A stretch of 64,000 nt of DNA. Origin: Macrostomum hystrix (lineage: Eukaryota; Animalia; Platyhelminthes). The translations under genes and the position numbers were made by a program. Positions 1 through 12,145 of the stretch are shown in pieces. The stretch covers positions 8,742,001-8,806,000 of the forward strand of contig CATNEN010000003.1 in the NCBI GenBank assembly GCA_950097015.1, read 5' to 3'. How positions within the stretch are numbered: the stretch's first letter is position 1; each line of letters opens with the position of its first letter. The notes beneath the pieces were generated by a model. It had not been told where the DNA came from, did not search any database, and saw nothing but the letters and a program-made list of their open reading frames with translations.

Positions 1-542
1 GCAAACACAGCTTTTAACGAAAATTAAAAATACGTACGAGTTTAATGCTTATTGAATAATGTTTATATTTGTGTTTTTGTTTTGTCTTCCTTTCGTGAGC
101 GATTGGCTAAACCAAGAAAATTAAAATCTTAGTGAAATATAGATCCGGATAAGCATGTAAGCCTGTGTGAAGTGAAAAACAGCAATTTGTTGCTTGTTTG
201 TGTCTTTCCTTCTTTCATAGAAACTTTACCTAACTTTTAGCATCTAGGGAATTTTATGTAGCCTAGTGGTTCATTGTTTAAAATGTCTACGGATTGAATA
301 GTTGTTTATAGCATTTTAAAGAGCTGAGAAGAAGCTGCGGCTGTGCCATCTGGCCTATTCTCTCTGTATCCAAGTTATTGAGCACGACAATTTCAGGATT
401 TTGCTAGCATGCTTTAAATGTAAAACAAATGTTATCAAAGAAATACTGGCATGCAGCAGTTTTATAACAAAAGCATTCCAACTAGTCTTATCACAGCATA
501 GCACGTGAAAAGACAGGTATCAGCAAGTACTGGTTAAATGGT

Positions 543-2321
543 TCAGTCTTCTAAGTCATCCGGGAAATCGATTTCCATTATCTGCTCACAGCTTCGCGCT
601 TCTCGTCCCGCGCTGTTGCATTGTTCGGCTTCGTCGTCGCAATGCTTCTTGAAATCGTGAATGCAGGCGATGGAGTGAAAGCGGAAGAATACCTGCAGAG
701 GTATTGTGAAAAGCGCCAGCACTAACGAGGCGTCGTCCATATGGCTTTTGGGAAAAAAGAATTCGAAGCATATTGTGTTAAATAGCCACTGAGAACCATT
801 GAGCAACATTAGTACGGTTAGCAGCGCGTGTCCGTTCGATCTTCTTTTGGAGCGCATCTTGCACAGTAGGGCGCACTCCAGTGTGAAAACTTGAAGAAGA
901 CTCTGGCTGATATTTAACGCAGAGCAAATGGCCGTCAAAATGTCCCTCGACATTAATTTCGGATCGTGGTAGTGATTAGGAATCCTATCGAAACAACATA
1001 TACTAAATGTGAAAACGTCGTTGATTGCGATGGCCAATACGCCTAGCCATAGAAGCATCCGGTCTGTTTTGTGTGTTCTGGTCAATTTCTGCGAGCGCTT
1101 ATTTGTATTGAGAGTTTTCAGCAGAAGACAGTTGCATGCAATGCCGCAGGTGTATAGCATTATCAGGGTTGAGTAGAATGCTATCTCTGACTCATTTTTG
1201 TGTTTGCTGTAGGCCTTCACAAAAATGGCCACAGCCAATGCGGTTAGCAAAGCGCCTATTCCACAGCCGATGATTCCCGAGTACTTCCTTAGAATCATGC
1301 GCTCAGCCCTCCTTCTACGTTTGCTATTTAGAGACTCCGAGCAAAGTAAAGCTGCTCGTATTGTCTCGGTTTTCAAGGCCTCTTTTGTAGCCAACTTCCG
1401 GATCGCTTCGGCCAATTTTCCCATGTTGTTCATAAAGGCTAGCATCATCAGTGCGCTCATGACGTAATACTCTATTAGAAATGGATAGAGCGCCCTGATA
1501 ATTACGTCTAGTTCATGCTCTTGCTGCTCGTTAGCTTTTGCCGTGCTATTCACAACTTCTCGCAGTTCAAAGCCAACATTAACGAACCAGGCAGTGATGT
1601 TTGTTGTAAGGACGTGCACCGCCGAAAACCAGGTGGCTGTCAGCTTCCACTGAACGCTTATTCGATGATGCATCAGAAAAAATCTAGTCTGTATAATTAT
1701 GAATATGAGGAGCTGCAGACGCCTGAACACTTCTAAAAGTTCCACTGAGACTGTAACCGACGGAGAATCCTTCGATGCAATAACACCGCACGTTATCTCA
1801 ATCACTATCGACAGGCAGGAAAAGAAGGAAAATATTAGCGACGTAGCAATGAAAAGTCTCGACGGAGAACTGCTTAATCCTTTTGACAGCGTGATACATC
1901 GGCTGACGTTTCTCAGCACGATCGTCCTGCCAGTGTCCAGAGTTGCTAGACCCATTTTGCCCGTAGTCAGCTGCAGCTCGACCGTTGGAATGCTTCCTTG
2001 CGCAATGACACTTCTCTGTAGATATACTAGAGCAACGATGGCTGGCACAAGGTAGCAACACTTGATAGCGTAGCAGGCCCACCCAATTGTAGTTCGCAAG
2101 TTTTCGTTCGCTGCTTCAAGGAACACCTGCGTCTCAACTATGGTCACCACAAAGCCGAGGACCATCATCAGCAATGCGTAGATCAAGCATTTCAATTTTA
2201 ACAACAGAGTGGCTTCTATGCTAACCCCATGCTGCTTCTTGGAGTTACATTGCGATTCGTTCGAACGCGATGCTTGTAGAAGTGGCTGGCATTCGCTGAC
2301 CTCCACATCCAATTCGGCGAT
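543..2321 (-). CDS. Otopetrin-family proton channel (single large coding exon; no ATG at the exon start)
   Basis: ~590 aa multi-pass hydrophobic ORF with otopetrin-type motifs HVLTTNITAW, LYPFLIEY and C-terminal FFRFHS. The exon begins at acceptor tttcaacag|ATC GCC GAA TTG (phase 0 at 2321). Confidence 0.8.
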   Translation of the reverse strand: MAELDVEVSECQPLLQASRSNESQCNSKKQHGVSIEATLLLKLKCLIYALLMMVLGFVVTIVETQVFLEAANENLRTTIGWACYAIKCCYLVPAIVALVYLQRSVIAQGSIPTVELQLTTGKMGLATLDTGRTIVLRNVSRCITLSKGLSSSPSRLFIATSLIFSFFSCLSIVIEITCGVIASKDSPSVTVSVELLEVFRRLQLLIFIIIQTRFFLMHHRISVQWKLTATWFSAVHVLTTNITAWFVNVGFELREVVNSTAKANEQQEHELDVIIRALYPFLIEYYVMSALMMLAFMNNMGKLAEAIRKLATKEALKTETIRAALLCSESLNSKRRRRAERMILRKYSGIIGCGIGALLTALAVAIFVKAYSKHKNESEIAFYSTLIMLYTCGIACNCLLLKTLNTNKRSQKLTRTHKTDRMLLWLGVLAIAINDVFTFSICCFDRIPNHYHDPKLMSRDILTAICSALNISQSLLQVFTLECALLCKMRSKRRSNGHALLTVLMLLNGSQWLFNTICFEFFFPKSHMDDASLVLALFTIPLQVFFRFHSIACIHDFKKHCDDEAEQCNSAGREARSCEQIMEIDFPDDLED

Positions 2322-2429
2322 CTGTTGAAAATTTTTTTATTTCAAACAAAGGATCTTTTTTAAATAAAAGTTGATAAAATTGATGTAAGACAATCCCCAC
2401 CCCACCCCACTATACTAAAAATGAAATGC

Positions 2430-2464
2430 TTGGTTGGTTGGTTGGTTGGTTGGTTGGTTGGTTG
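2430..2464. repeat. (TTGG)n microsatellite
   Basis: Direct reading of the sequence. Confidence 0.9.
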
Positions 2465-3020
2465 TAATTGATTTTCTCCCGAACGGCTCAACCGATTTTC
2501 ACCATTTCTTCACCAAAAGATGCTAAATATGGGGACAATTATACACGTATTTTAATTAAGCTTAACTTTATTGCTAAAGGGATTAAATAGTCGAAAAACA
2601 TGATTTTTCAAAGGTCAAACATCTTGGCCTATTGAGAATTTTACTCACTGCCACTGAATTAGAATTGCATCGTCAAATTGCGCAACAACCCCTAGCTGAT
2701 TGAATTTGAAGCCTGCACTCTGGAGACAAATTGGAAATAAATGTACACAACCAACCGCGAGACTGAGTGTACTCTATTTTCTTACTTCATTGTACAAAGC
2801 CAGAACTTTGAGAATTCATTTTATAAGGCTGATTTTTGCACCCACTAACCAACAGTCGGAATAGCCGATGTGTAGGCACTAGGAATAGGTTAGGCTAGGC
2901 TAGGGTTCGATTCTGCACTGCGTCAAATCATTTAGACTAATTTTCAGCCAGTAGTGATTGAAGACTATTTTAATTTATTTTTTTCATTTCGTAAATAAAA
3001 TATCATAAATCATAGCACAC

Positions 3021-6000
3021 CGGCTAAAACAGAGTTTGAATCATGGCTAAACCAGAGTCTGAATCATGGCTAAACCAGAGTCTGAATCATGGCTAAACCA
3101 GAGTCTGAATCATGGCTACACCAGAGTCTGAATCATGGCTAAACTAGAGTCTGAATCAAGGCTAAACCAGAGTCTGGATCATGGCTAAACCAGAGTCTGA
3201 ATCATGGCTAAACCAGAGTCTGAATCATGGCTAAACCAGAGTCTGAATCATGGCTGAACCAGAGTCTGAATCATGGCTAAACCAGAGTCTGAATCATTGC
3301 TAAACCAGAGTCTGAATCATGGCTACACCAGAGTCTGAATCATGGCTACACCAGAGTCTGAATCATGGCTAAACCAGAGTTTGAATCATAGCTAAACCAG
3401 AGTCTGAATCATGGCTAAACCAGAGTCTGAATCATTGCTACACCAGAGTCTGAATCATGGCTCATAGCTAAACCAGAGTTTGAATCATGGCTAAACAGAG
3501 TCTGAATCATGGCTAAACCAGAGTCTGAATCATGGCTAAACTAGAGTTTGAATCATGGCTAAACCAGCGTCTGAAACATTGCTAAACCAGAGTTTGAATC
3601 ATGGCTAAACCAGAGAATAAAACATGGCTACACCAGGGTTTGAATCATGGTTAAACTAGATTCTGAATCATGGCTAAACCAGATTCTGAAACATGGCAAA
3701 ACCAGAGTTTGAATCATGGCTAAACCAGAGTTTGAATCATGGCTAAACCAGATCTTGAATCATGGCTAAACTAGAGTCTGAATCATGGCTAAACCAGAGT
3801 TTGAATCATGGCTAAACCAGAGTCTGAATCATGGCTAAACCAGAGTCTGAATCATGGCTAAACCAGAGTCTGAATCATGGCTACACCAGAGTCTGAATCA
3901 TGGCTACACCAGAGTCTGAATCATGGCTAAACCAGAGTTTGAATCATAGCTAAACCAGAGTCTGAATCATGGCTAAACCAGAGTCTGAATCATTGCTACA
4001 CCAGAGTCTGAATCATGGCTCATAGCTAAACCAGAGTTTGAATCATGGCTAAACAGAGTCTGAATCATGGCTAAACCAGAGTCTGAATCATGGCTAAACT
4101 AGAGTTTGAATCATGGCTAAACCAGCGTCTGAAACATTGCTAAACCAGAGTTTGAATCATGGCTAAACCAGAGAATAAAACATGGCTACACCAGGGTTTG
4201 AATCATGGTTAAACTAGATTCTGAATCATGGCTAAACCAGATTCTGAAACATGGCAAAACCAGAGTTTGAATCATGGCTAAACCAGAGTTTGAATCATGG
4301 CTAAACCAGATCTTGAATCATGGCTAAACTAGAGTCTGAATCATGGCTAAACCAGAGTTTGAATCATGGCTAAACCAGAGTCTGAATCATGGCTAAACCA
4401 GAGTCTGAATCATGGCTAAACCAGAGTCTGAATCATGGCTACACCAGAGTCTGAATCATGGCTAAACTAGAGTCTGAATCAAGGCTAAACCAGAGTCTGG
4501 ATCATGGCTAAACCAGAGTCTGAATCATGGCTAAACCAGAGTCTGAATCATGGCTAAACCAGAGTCTGAATCATGGCTGAACCAGAGTCTGAATCATGGC
4601 TAAACCAGAGTCTGAATCATTGCTAAACCAGAGTCTGAATCATGGCTACACCAGAGTCTGAATCATGGCTACACCAGAGTCTGAATCATGGCTAAACCAG
4701 AGTTTGAATCATAGCTAAACCAGAGTCTGAATCATGGCTAAACCAGAGTCTGAATCATTGCTACACCAGAGTCTGAATCATGGCTCATAGCTAAACCAGA
4801 GTTTGAATCATGGCTAAACAGAGTCTGAATCATGGCTAAACCAGAGTCTGAATCATGGCTAAACTAGAGTTTGAATCATGGCTAAACCAGCGTCTGAAAC
4901 ATTGCTAAACCAGAGTTTGAATCATGGCTAAACCAGAGAATAAAACATGGCTACACCAGGGTTTGAATCATGGTTAAACTAGATTCTGAATCATGGCTAA
5001 ACCAGATTCTGAAACATGGCAAAACCAGAGTTTGAATCATGGCTAAACCAGAGTTTGAATCATGGCTAAACCAGATCTTGAATCATGGCTAAACTAGAGT
5101 CTGAATCATGGCTAAACCAGAGTTTGAATCATGGCTAAACCAGAGTCTGAATCATGGCTAAACCAGAGTCTGAATCATGGCTAAACCAGAGTCTGAATCA
5201 TGGCTACACCAGAGTCTGAATCATGGCTACACCAGAGTCTGAATCATGGCTAAACCAGAGTTTGAATCATAGCTAAACCAGAGTCTGAATCATGGCTAAA
5301 CCAGAGTCTGAATCATTGCTACACCAGAGTCTGAATCATGGCTCATAGCTAAACCAGAGTTTGAATCATGGCTAAACAGAGTCTGAATCATGGCTAAACC
5401 AGAGTCTGAATCATGGCTAAACTAGAGTTTGAATCATGGCTAAACCAGCGTCTGAAACATTGCTAAACCAGAGTTTGAATCATGGCTAAACCAGAGAATA
5501 AAACATGGCTACACCAGGGTTTGAATCATGGTTAAACTAGATTCTGAATCATGGCTAAACCAGATTCTGAAACATGGCAAAACCAGAGTTTGAATCATGG
5601 CTAAACCAGAGTTTGAATCATGGCTAAACCAGATCTTGAATCATGGCTAAACTAGAGTCTGAATCATGGCTAAACCAGAGTTTGAATCATGGCTAAACCA
5701 GAGTCTGAATCATGGCTAAACCAGACTTTGAATCATGGCTAAACCAGCGTTTGAATCATGGCTAAACCAGAGTTTGAATCATGGCTAAACCAGAGTTTGA
5801 ATCATGGCAAAACCAGAGTTTGAATCATGGCAAAACCAGAGTTTGAATCATGGCTAAACCACAGTCTGAATCATGGCTAAACCAGAGTTTGAATCATGGC
5901 TAAACCAGAGCTTAAATCATGGCTAAACCAGCGTTTGAATCATGGCTAAACCAGTGTTTGAATCATGGCTAAACCAGTGTTTGAATCATGGCTAAACCAG

Positions 6001-6420
6001 AGCTTGAATCATGGCTAAACCAGAGTCTGAATCATGGCTAAACTAGAGTCTTAAGCATGGCTAAACTAGAGTCTGAATCATGGCTAAACCAGAGTCTGAA
6101 TCATGGCTAAACTAGAGTTTGAATCATGGCTAAACCAGAGTCTGAATCATGGCTAAACCAGCGTCTGAATCATGGTTATACCAGCGTCTGAATCATGGCT
6201 AAACCAGCGTCTGAATCATGGCTAAACCAGAGTTTGAATCATGGCTAAACCAGAGTTTGAATCATGGCTAAACCAGAGTCTGAATCATGGCTAAACCAGA
6301 GTTTGAATCATGGCTAAACCAGAGTTTGAATCATGGCTAAACCAGAGCTTGAATCATGGCTAAACCAGAGCTTGAATCATGGCAAAACCAGAGTTTGAAT
6401 CATAGCCAACCAGAGTTTGA
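3021..6420. repeat. 23-bp satellite array (GAATCATGGCTAAACCAGAGTCT)n with higher-order structure
   Basis: ~3.4 kb of 23-bp units; the variant unit gagaataaaa recurs at 3613, 4171, 4936 and 5494. Confidence 0.97.
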
Positions 6421-6427
6421 AAAATCA

Positions 6428-7114
6428 ACGTCAACTGGGGAGTCATCATCAAAATGGGGATCATGGTAAACTGGGGGATAATCGTCAACTGGGGGATCAT
6501 GGTAAAGTGGGGGATAATTGTCAACTGGGGGATCATCATCAACGGGGGGATCATTGTCAACTGGGTGATCATCATCAACTGGGGATCATCATCAACTGGG
6601 GGATCTTTGTCAACTGGGGGATCATTGTCAACTGGGGGATCATTGTCAACTGGGCGATCATTGTCAACTGGTGGATCGTTGTCAACTGGGGGTTCATTGT
6701 CAACTGGGTGATCATCATCAACTGGGGGTTCATTGTCAACTGGGGGATCATTGTCAACTGGGGGATCATTGTCAACTGGGGGGATCGTTGTCAACTGGGG
6801 GTTCATTGTCAACTGGGGGATCATTGTCAACTGGGGGATCATTGTCAACTGGGGGATCATTGTCAACTGGGGGATCATAGTCAACTGGGGGATCATTGTC
6901 AACTGGGGGATCATTGTCAACTGGGGGATCATCATCAACTGGGAGATCATCATCAACGGGGGGATCATTGTCAACTGGGGGATCATTGTCAACTGGGGGT
7001 TCATTGTCAACTGGGGGATCATTGTCAACTGGGGGATCATTGTCAACTGGGGGATCATCATTAACTGGGAGATCATCATCAACGGGGGGATCATTGTCAA
7101 CTGGGGGTTCATTG
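6428..7114. repeat. 18-bp minisatellite (GGGGGATCATTGTCAACT)n
   Basis: Tandem 18-bp units; they explain the repetitive ORFs in several frames. Confidence 0.95.
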
Positions 7115-7299
7115 TAGCTTTAAAAAGCTGTAAATTCAGCTGCTAAAAAGTATATACTAGACGAATTAAAAGTATTTCTGCTCCCCGAAGGGGGGCAAGA
7201 CTTGCTAGTAATCACTAAAAATCGTTACACGCGCAGCTTTTTAAAGAAAAATTCATAATGCAACGTCCTTTAACTGCAAGAGTTCCTTATAATAAAAAT

Positions 7300-7590
7300 T
7301 ATTATTATTGCAGGAGGGCAGGCGGACAATGGTACACCATTTGGGGAAACCAGACCCGCAGCCGGCGAAGGGGCAATGCTGCCTATTTCACTGACTCCTG
7401 AGCACACATGTTGTACGCAGGCATACGCTCACACAGGTGTGTACATCTGCCCTGACTTTTTCGTCGTAAGGCAGTGTACACTCTCACTGAGCCTTGGAGG
7501 TTGGCTCTCAATTGGAATTTCCTCAGTTGGAATCGAACTACCGGACCTTGATGCGAGAGGCAAACGAGTTAACTGCTTTCACTCACCCCC
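7300..7590 (-). mobile_element. tRNA-derived SINE, family A (internally deleted copy)
   Basis: Reverse complement matches the copy at 34385-34751: head ...gcctctcgcatcaaggtccggtagttcgattcc, body gtgtacactgcc...gatgtacacacctgtg, (TAA)n tail. Confidence 0.8.
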
Positions 7591-10500
7591 ATCATGTACT
7601 CGTAATATTTAAAAAAATAATCATAACTTTTTCTTTCCCTTCATAAAGTCTTCATTTAAAACACTTCATTATCACTTACTTGGTTGATTTGTTGCAGAGT
7701 CATTTTCTCTTCTATTCAGCTATGTAGCTAGGTTTCTCTTGACGGCAAATAATTTTAGCGTACAAAGCAACAAAAATCTACTTGCACCGATTGTAGAATT
7801 CGGTAGCTTGGCTATCTTGCGCGCATGTATTTATAGAATCGATCGGTCACTGCCTGAAAGTTGTTTTGCATCACTGTATGACGAAGTTTCGGTTTCAACG
7901 AATAGGCGTAGCGGTTTCGGTTTATTTTAATAGCAAGGTAAATTATCAATCGTTACAAAACTTCGTAGCGGAAAGCACTCTCATGCAATAAATGGGGCCT
8001 TCGAATTGAGAAATCGTCTTTACGGCGAATGCTGGCTATGTCTTTGATGGGTTACAGAGCTACTCAATGGATTTCACTTGAAACACAGCTACGGCTACAG
8101 TTCAAATTAGTCACTGATAAAATAACAACCAGCACTCAGTCGTAGAACAAGCCAGGGGAGAGGGAGCCTTCCTGGAAAGGCCTAATTAGCATGAATCGAT
8201 GAATACGAACTACGACTATGTAGTACACTAAAACAAAACCATTATAAATAATAATGGAAAACCGAAGGAACATCTCTAACAATTATAGCTAACGAAAATA
8301 ATGCACATAATTCTAACTAGCATATTAAAATTACATTAAATTAGAGAGACAACGTCACAACTGCACGTTTCCTAAAGTTTTGCTTACGCCCACGCGAAAG
8401 TGGACATCCTTGTTAAAATATGGAAAGAAATTGTGCAAAAATATTTCTTTTGGTAGTTAAAAGAAATTAAATTCTTAGGTCTTCGTAGTGTAGTGTCAGC
8501 TTGTTTGTACTTTTATCTCCCCGTGTTATTTTTCAGTGCTTAATTATCTATTTTTAGACGCGTGTGTTTTTTTGCTAAGAGTCACCCACGCCAAGCCGGG
8601 CCGGACCAGCTGGGGGAACGGACGCCCACCACCCCGCGAGCGCTACCCCTGGGCTACGGTCCCGGCCAATCAGCGAGCGACCTGGCCTCACTACCTGTCT
8701 ACCCTCGGCAAGAAGCAACCCCGGGGCTCAGAACGGCGGTCGCAAGTCTACTGTGATTTGTCACCTCGGCTAAAGCTACAGCCAGGCATCCACCTCGCCG
8801 ATCGACCTAGTTTGGGGTTGAAATGACTCTATATAACGAAGCGTGTTTTTGTAGTCCAAAATTATCTTTTTCTGCAATCCGCCTCACACTGTGAGAAGCA
8901 CGTGCAAATTATCGCTATCGGCAATTCGCCTCACACTGTGAGAAGCACGCGCCAGCAAATTAAGTCCACTTGTTTTGTCCTTCCCCGCCCGACCACGCTC
9001 CGCTTGCTCAGTTAGGTAGCTTTCGGCGCTACGCGTCTTGAGAGTGCGCCGCTGACAAGGGTGGTCTAGATAGGCGCTGGTTGTCGAAGTCAGTACGTGC
9101 TCTCTTCGGAGACTCCGCCGTCCGGCAGAAGGAGTGCCAACCGATAGGATTTGTCGGGGCAGCGCTGAAAGCAGAGACAACCGGAGCCTCTCGGGAAGAG
9201 TAGGGCGCGGATTAGGCCAGTTAGGTAAAATTGTTATATCCAAATTGTTAGGCCAGACTTGCTTCTCACTGTGAGCGCGCTATAATTTATTTCTGTGCGA
9301 ATATCTATTCTGTCAGTATAACTTTTAAGTCAAGTAAACGATACTCAAAGTAATTCCTATTCGTATCTGGAATCTTAATCAGCTGATCAAATCACTTCTA
9401 ATCAAATTATTCGAGTCTTGTGTTCACACTGTTATTCCTTTTTCATTGGGAGTTTCGCCGGGCCGGAGGACGACATTTCCTATTCCGCTTCGCTTGCTAC
9501 CCTAGTACTCTAACGCTATTTAATTTCAGATTCCCTGCTGCTATTGAAACGATTGGTAGGACACCGACCCCGGTGAGTGAATAGTCGCTAGCTTTAAAAT
9601 TCCTCTCGCTCCAGCTAGGACATTCATTTTATTACAGTAGGTTCGTAGATTTGTAGGTATACAAAAACCTGCACCTTTCATCGGTAAACAATCAGATTGT
9701 GTTTCGTATGCCACACGCATTCCAACTGCTATAAGCTATTCACGCAACACCGAATAAAAAGTGTAGGTAAGAACAAAAGCTATTCAGATAGTGACTTTAG
9801 CAAAGAGCGAATTCAAGTTAAGAGCCGCCAACTGGCTCTGGCCACATATATTTAAGGAACGTACATCGTACATACCCACCAATCATAACCCCGAGAGCAC
9901 ACACAGTGAAGAACTCAAATGTACATTAGTGGGGTGGGGTAAGCGCGCGACAGCGGGGGGGAGAGAGAAAACGAGAGCCAGCGGGGGGGAAGGAGAGGTA
10001 ACGAGAGAACAGGAGAGAGAAAACAGCAGATCGATACATACTCGTAGTAATAACGCAGAAGCTGTCCTAAGAACCAATAAAAAGCCTTATTTATGGCTAC
10101 TAAATAAAATTCGGCTAATTATTATACGAGCCGTAGACTCTTGAAATCTCTTTTTAACTCACTCATGGACTCACTCATACGATATTAAACTCGCTAACTT
10201 AATGACGAAATAAGCTTTCGTTTTTGTTTACTTTCAGGTGTGTTTTGTCCTTCTGCATTACACAATACACAAGATTTTTTGTGAACAGTACGCTCGTAGT
10301 GCCCCACAAGGGGGGCTTAGTGTGCTAGTCATGTGCTATAATGGAAACATTAATTGTTTTGTTTGCATTGTACTACTCTTTGCTAAGCTACTCATCTATT
10401 TTCACCCTATATTAAATTTCAAAGCTTTGACTGTTTGTAACACATACTCTACTCATCGCTGTTTAACTCACTCTTACGACTAACTCATTCACTTGTGAGC

Positions 10501-11109
10501 TCATATTTAAACGTATACAGACGAAAAAATTGCGATGAATGCAGCTCAGACTTCCACTAAATGATAAATAGATCATCCGTTACTTTTTCTTTACGTTACT
10601 TAAGTTATCCATAACTTTGTCACTCCCTTACTTTAACATTCCGTTACTTATAGTCATTTTTAGTCAGTTCGTCGCTTTATCAGTGTGCTGAACAGCAGCG
10701 ATATAAAAAAACAAGGCCTCTAAGAACATTTTATATGAAAACCTATGTGGTATAATACACTAATAGCGAGAGGCTAAAAATAATTTATACGGATATAAAA
10801 TTCCTGACGTCTACTACGAGCGTATAAGTAGAATTATTCAATCAAAAATGTCTAACTTGTTATGCCAGAGCATTGACCAAGAACCACTAGACCCATAAGG
10901 ATATTGAACGTGTGATCTGATTGAATCTCTTATCGAGGGCGCATATTCATCCCGATTAAAATTTCCACTAGGTTTAATAACTGTGGACGGTAGAACTGCA
11001 TTAGCCCCTGTACTAGAAGGCAGGCAGGTATTTAGGCACACGATTTATGGGACATTTGTTGTATAAACTTCTTAGGAATGTTTGTTGATGCCTTCAGCTG
11101 GAGGAATAC

Positions 11110-11432
11110 AAGTGCAGTACCCTCCGGCCAGCGCGGCGTGTCGCCGGCTCTCGCACTGGCGCTGAAGTCGCGGAAGAGCACACGATCGCCGGTTTGGAAC
11201 TCACGCGCCGCCTTCCTGCTCCGTAGCAGCTGCTCCTGTCGCTGTAACACGTCCTCGGCCAGTGACGGTGCCAGTAGATCCAGGCGGCATCGGAGCCGCC
11301 GGCCGATGAGCAGCTGGCTGGGAGCGACACCGCTGACGCTGTTTCTCCTGCAGCGATTTGAATGTGGGATTCACCTCCTCCAGGAGCTTCGCACGGAAGG
11401 CGTCGCTGTACAGTCCGAAGACAAGCTAGTCG
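11110..11432 (-). mobile_element. Degenerate Ty3/Gypsy (K02A2.6-like) relic: gag fragment joined to integrase C-terminal fragment
   Basis: Minus-strand translations RD*LVFGLYSDAFRAKLLEEVNPT (gag-like) followed, in another frame, by GVAPSQLLIGRRLRCRLDLLAP...REFQTGDRVLFRDF...PRWPEG (integrase C-terminus-like). Confidence 0.65.
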
Positions 11433-12145
11433 CGCTAGTCGCTTTTCATCGTTAAAAAAAGAAAAAAAACGAAAAAAATAAAACAATACCTCAAACATCA
11501 CATACTCAATTACAAACAATGCAACCGTCTCAAAAGTATCCCATTGTAGAATGTTTTATGAAAAATTATATATTTTAGCCTTTAAAATATTTTCCCACTA
11601 ATCACGAGCCCAACATAATTTTGCTTTTAGTTTTGGACTGGCACAGACAACAGAAGCATGTATTTACGACAGTTTGAAAACAACACGGAGGGCGCTCCCA
11701 TCAATCACTCAGACCTGTTCTTGTCAGATACTTTCAATGAAAGGATCACAACCATTGTTAAACGCCCTGCGTGCCTAACAATAGCAGCGTGAGCTGTATT
11801 CAGGACAGGAGCTGGCTCAGTCATGCGAGACGGACCGCCCAGAGTTTAACGTATTACTCCCATGCATTCCTGCCCTGTATGGAGCGGTTGCTATGCAGTT
11901 TGTTTCCACAAATTTAGAAACAGTTTTTCGAAGTTTCTTTGAAAGAATACTTTCTTTCAAACTGCGGCGTCAGAAAATTTTCACAAAGCTTTAAAAGTCG
12001 ATTGGCCTCTCTAACAATGACTAAACTTATAAAATGCGTTGCCAGAAAGTTTTCTTCTTGACGAAAAACTCAGACTTAAATAAGAAGAAGCAACTCCTGA
12101 CTGTACAGTACAAAAAGTCCTGCCAGTTTTCCTACTAGATTTATC

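Noticed and set aside
3021-7114. CRISPR-like array or repetitive proteins (ORFs 6360-7146)
   Set aside because: Head-to-tail repeats with no unique spacers and no cas genes, in eukaryotic context; the ORFs result from a stop-free 18-bp unit.
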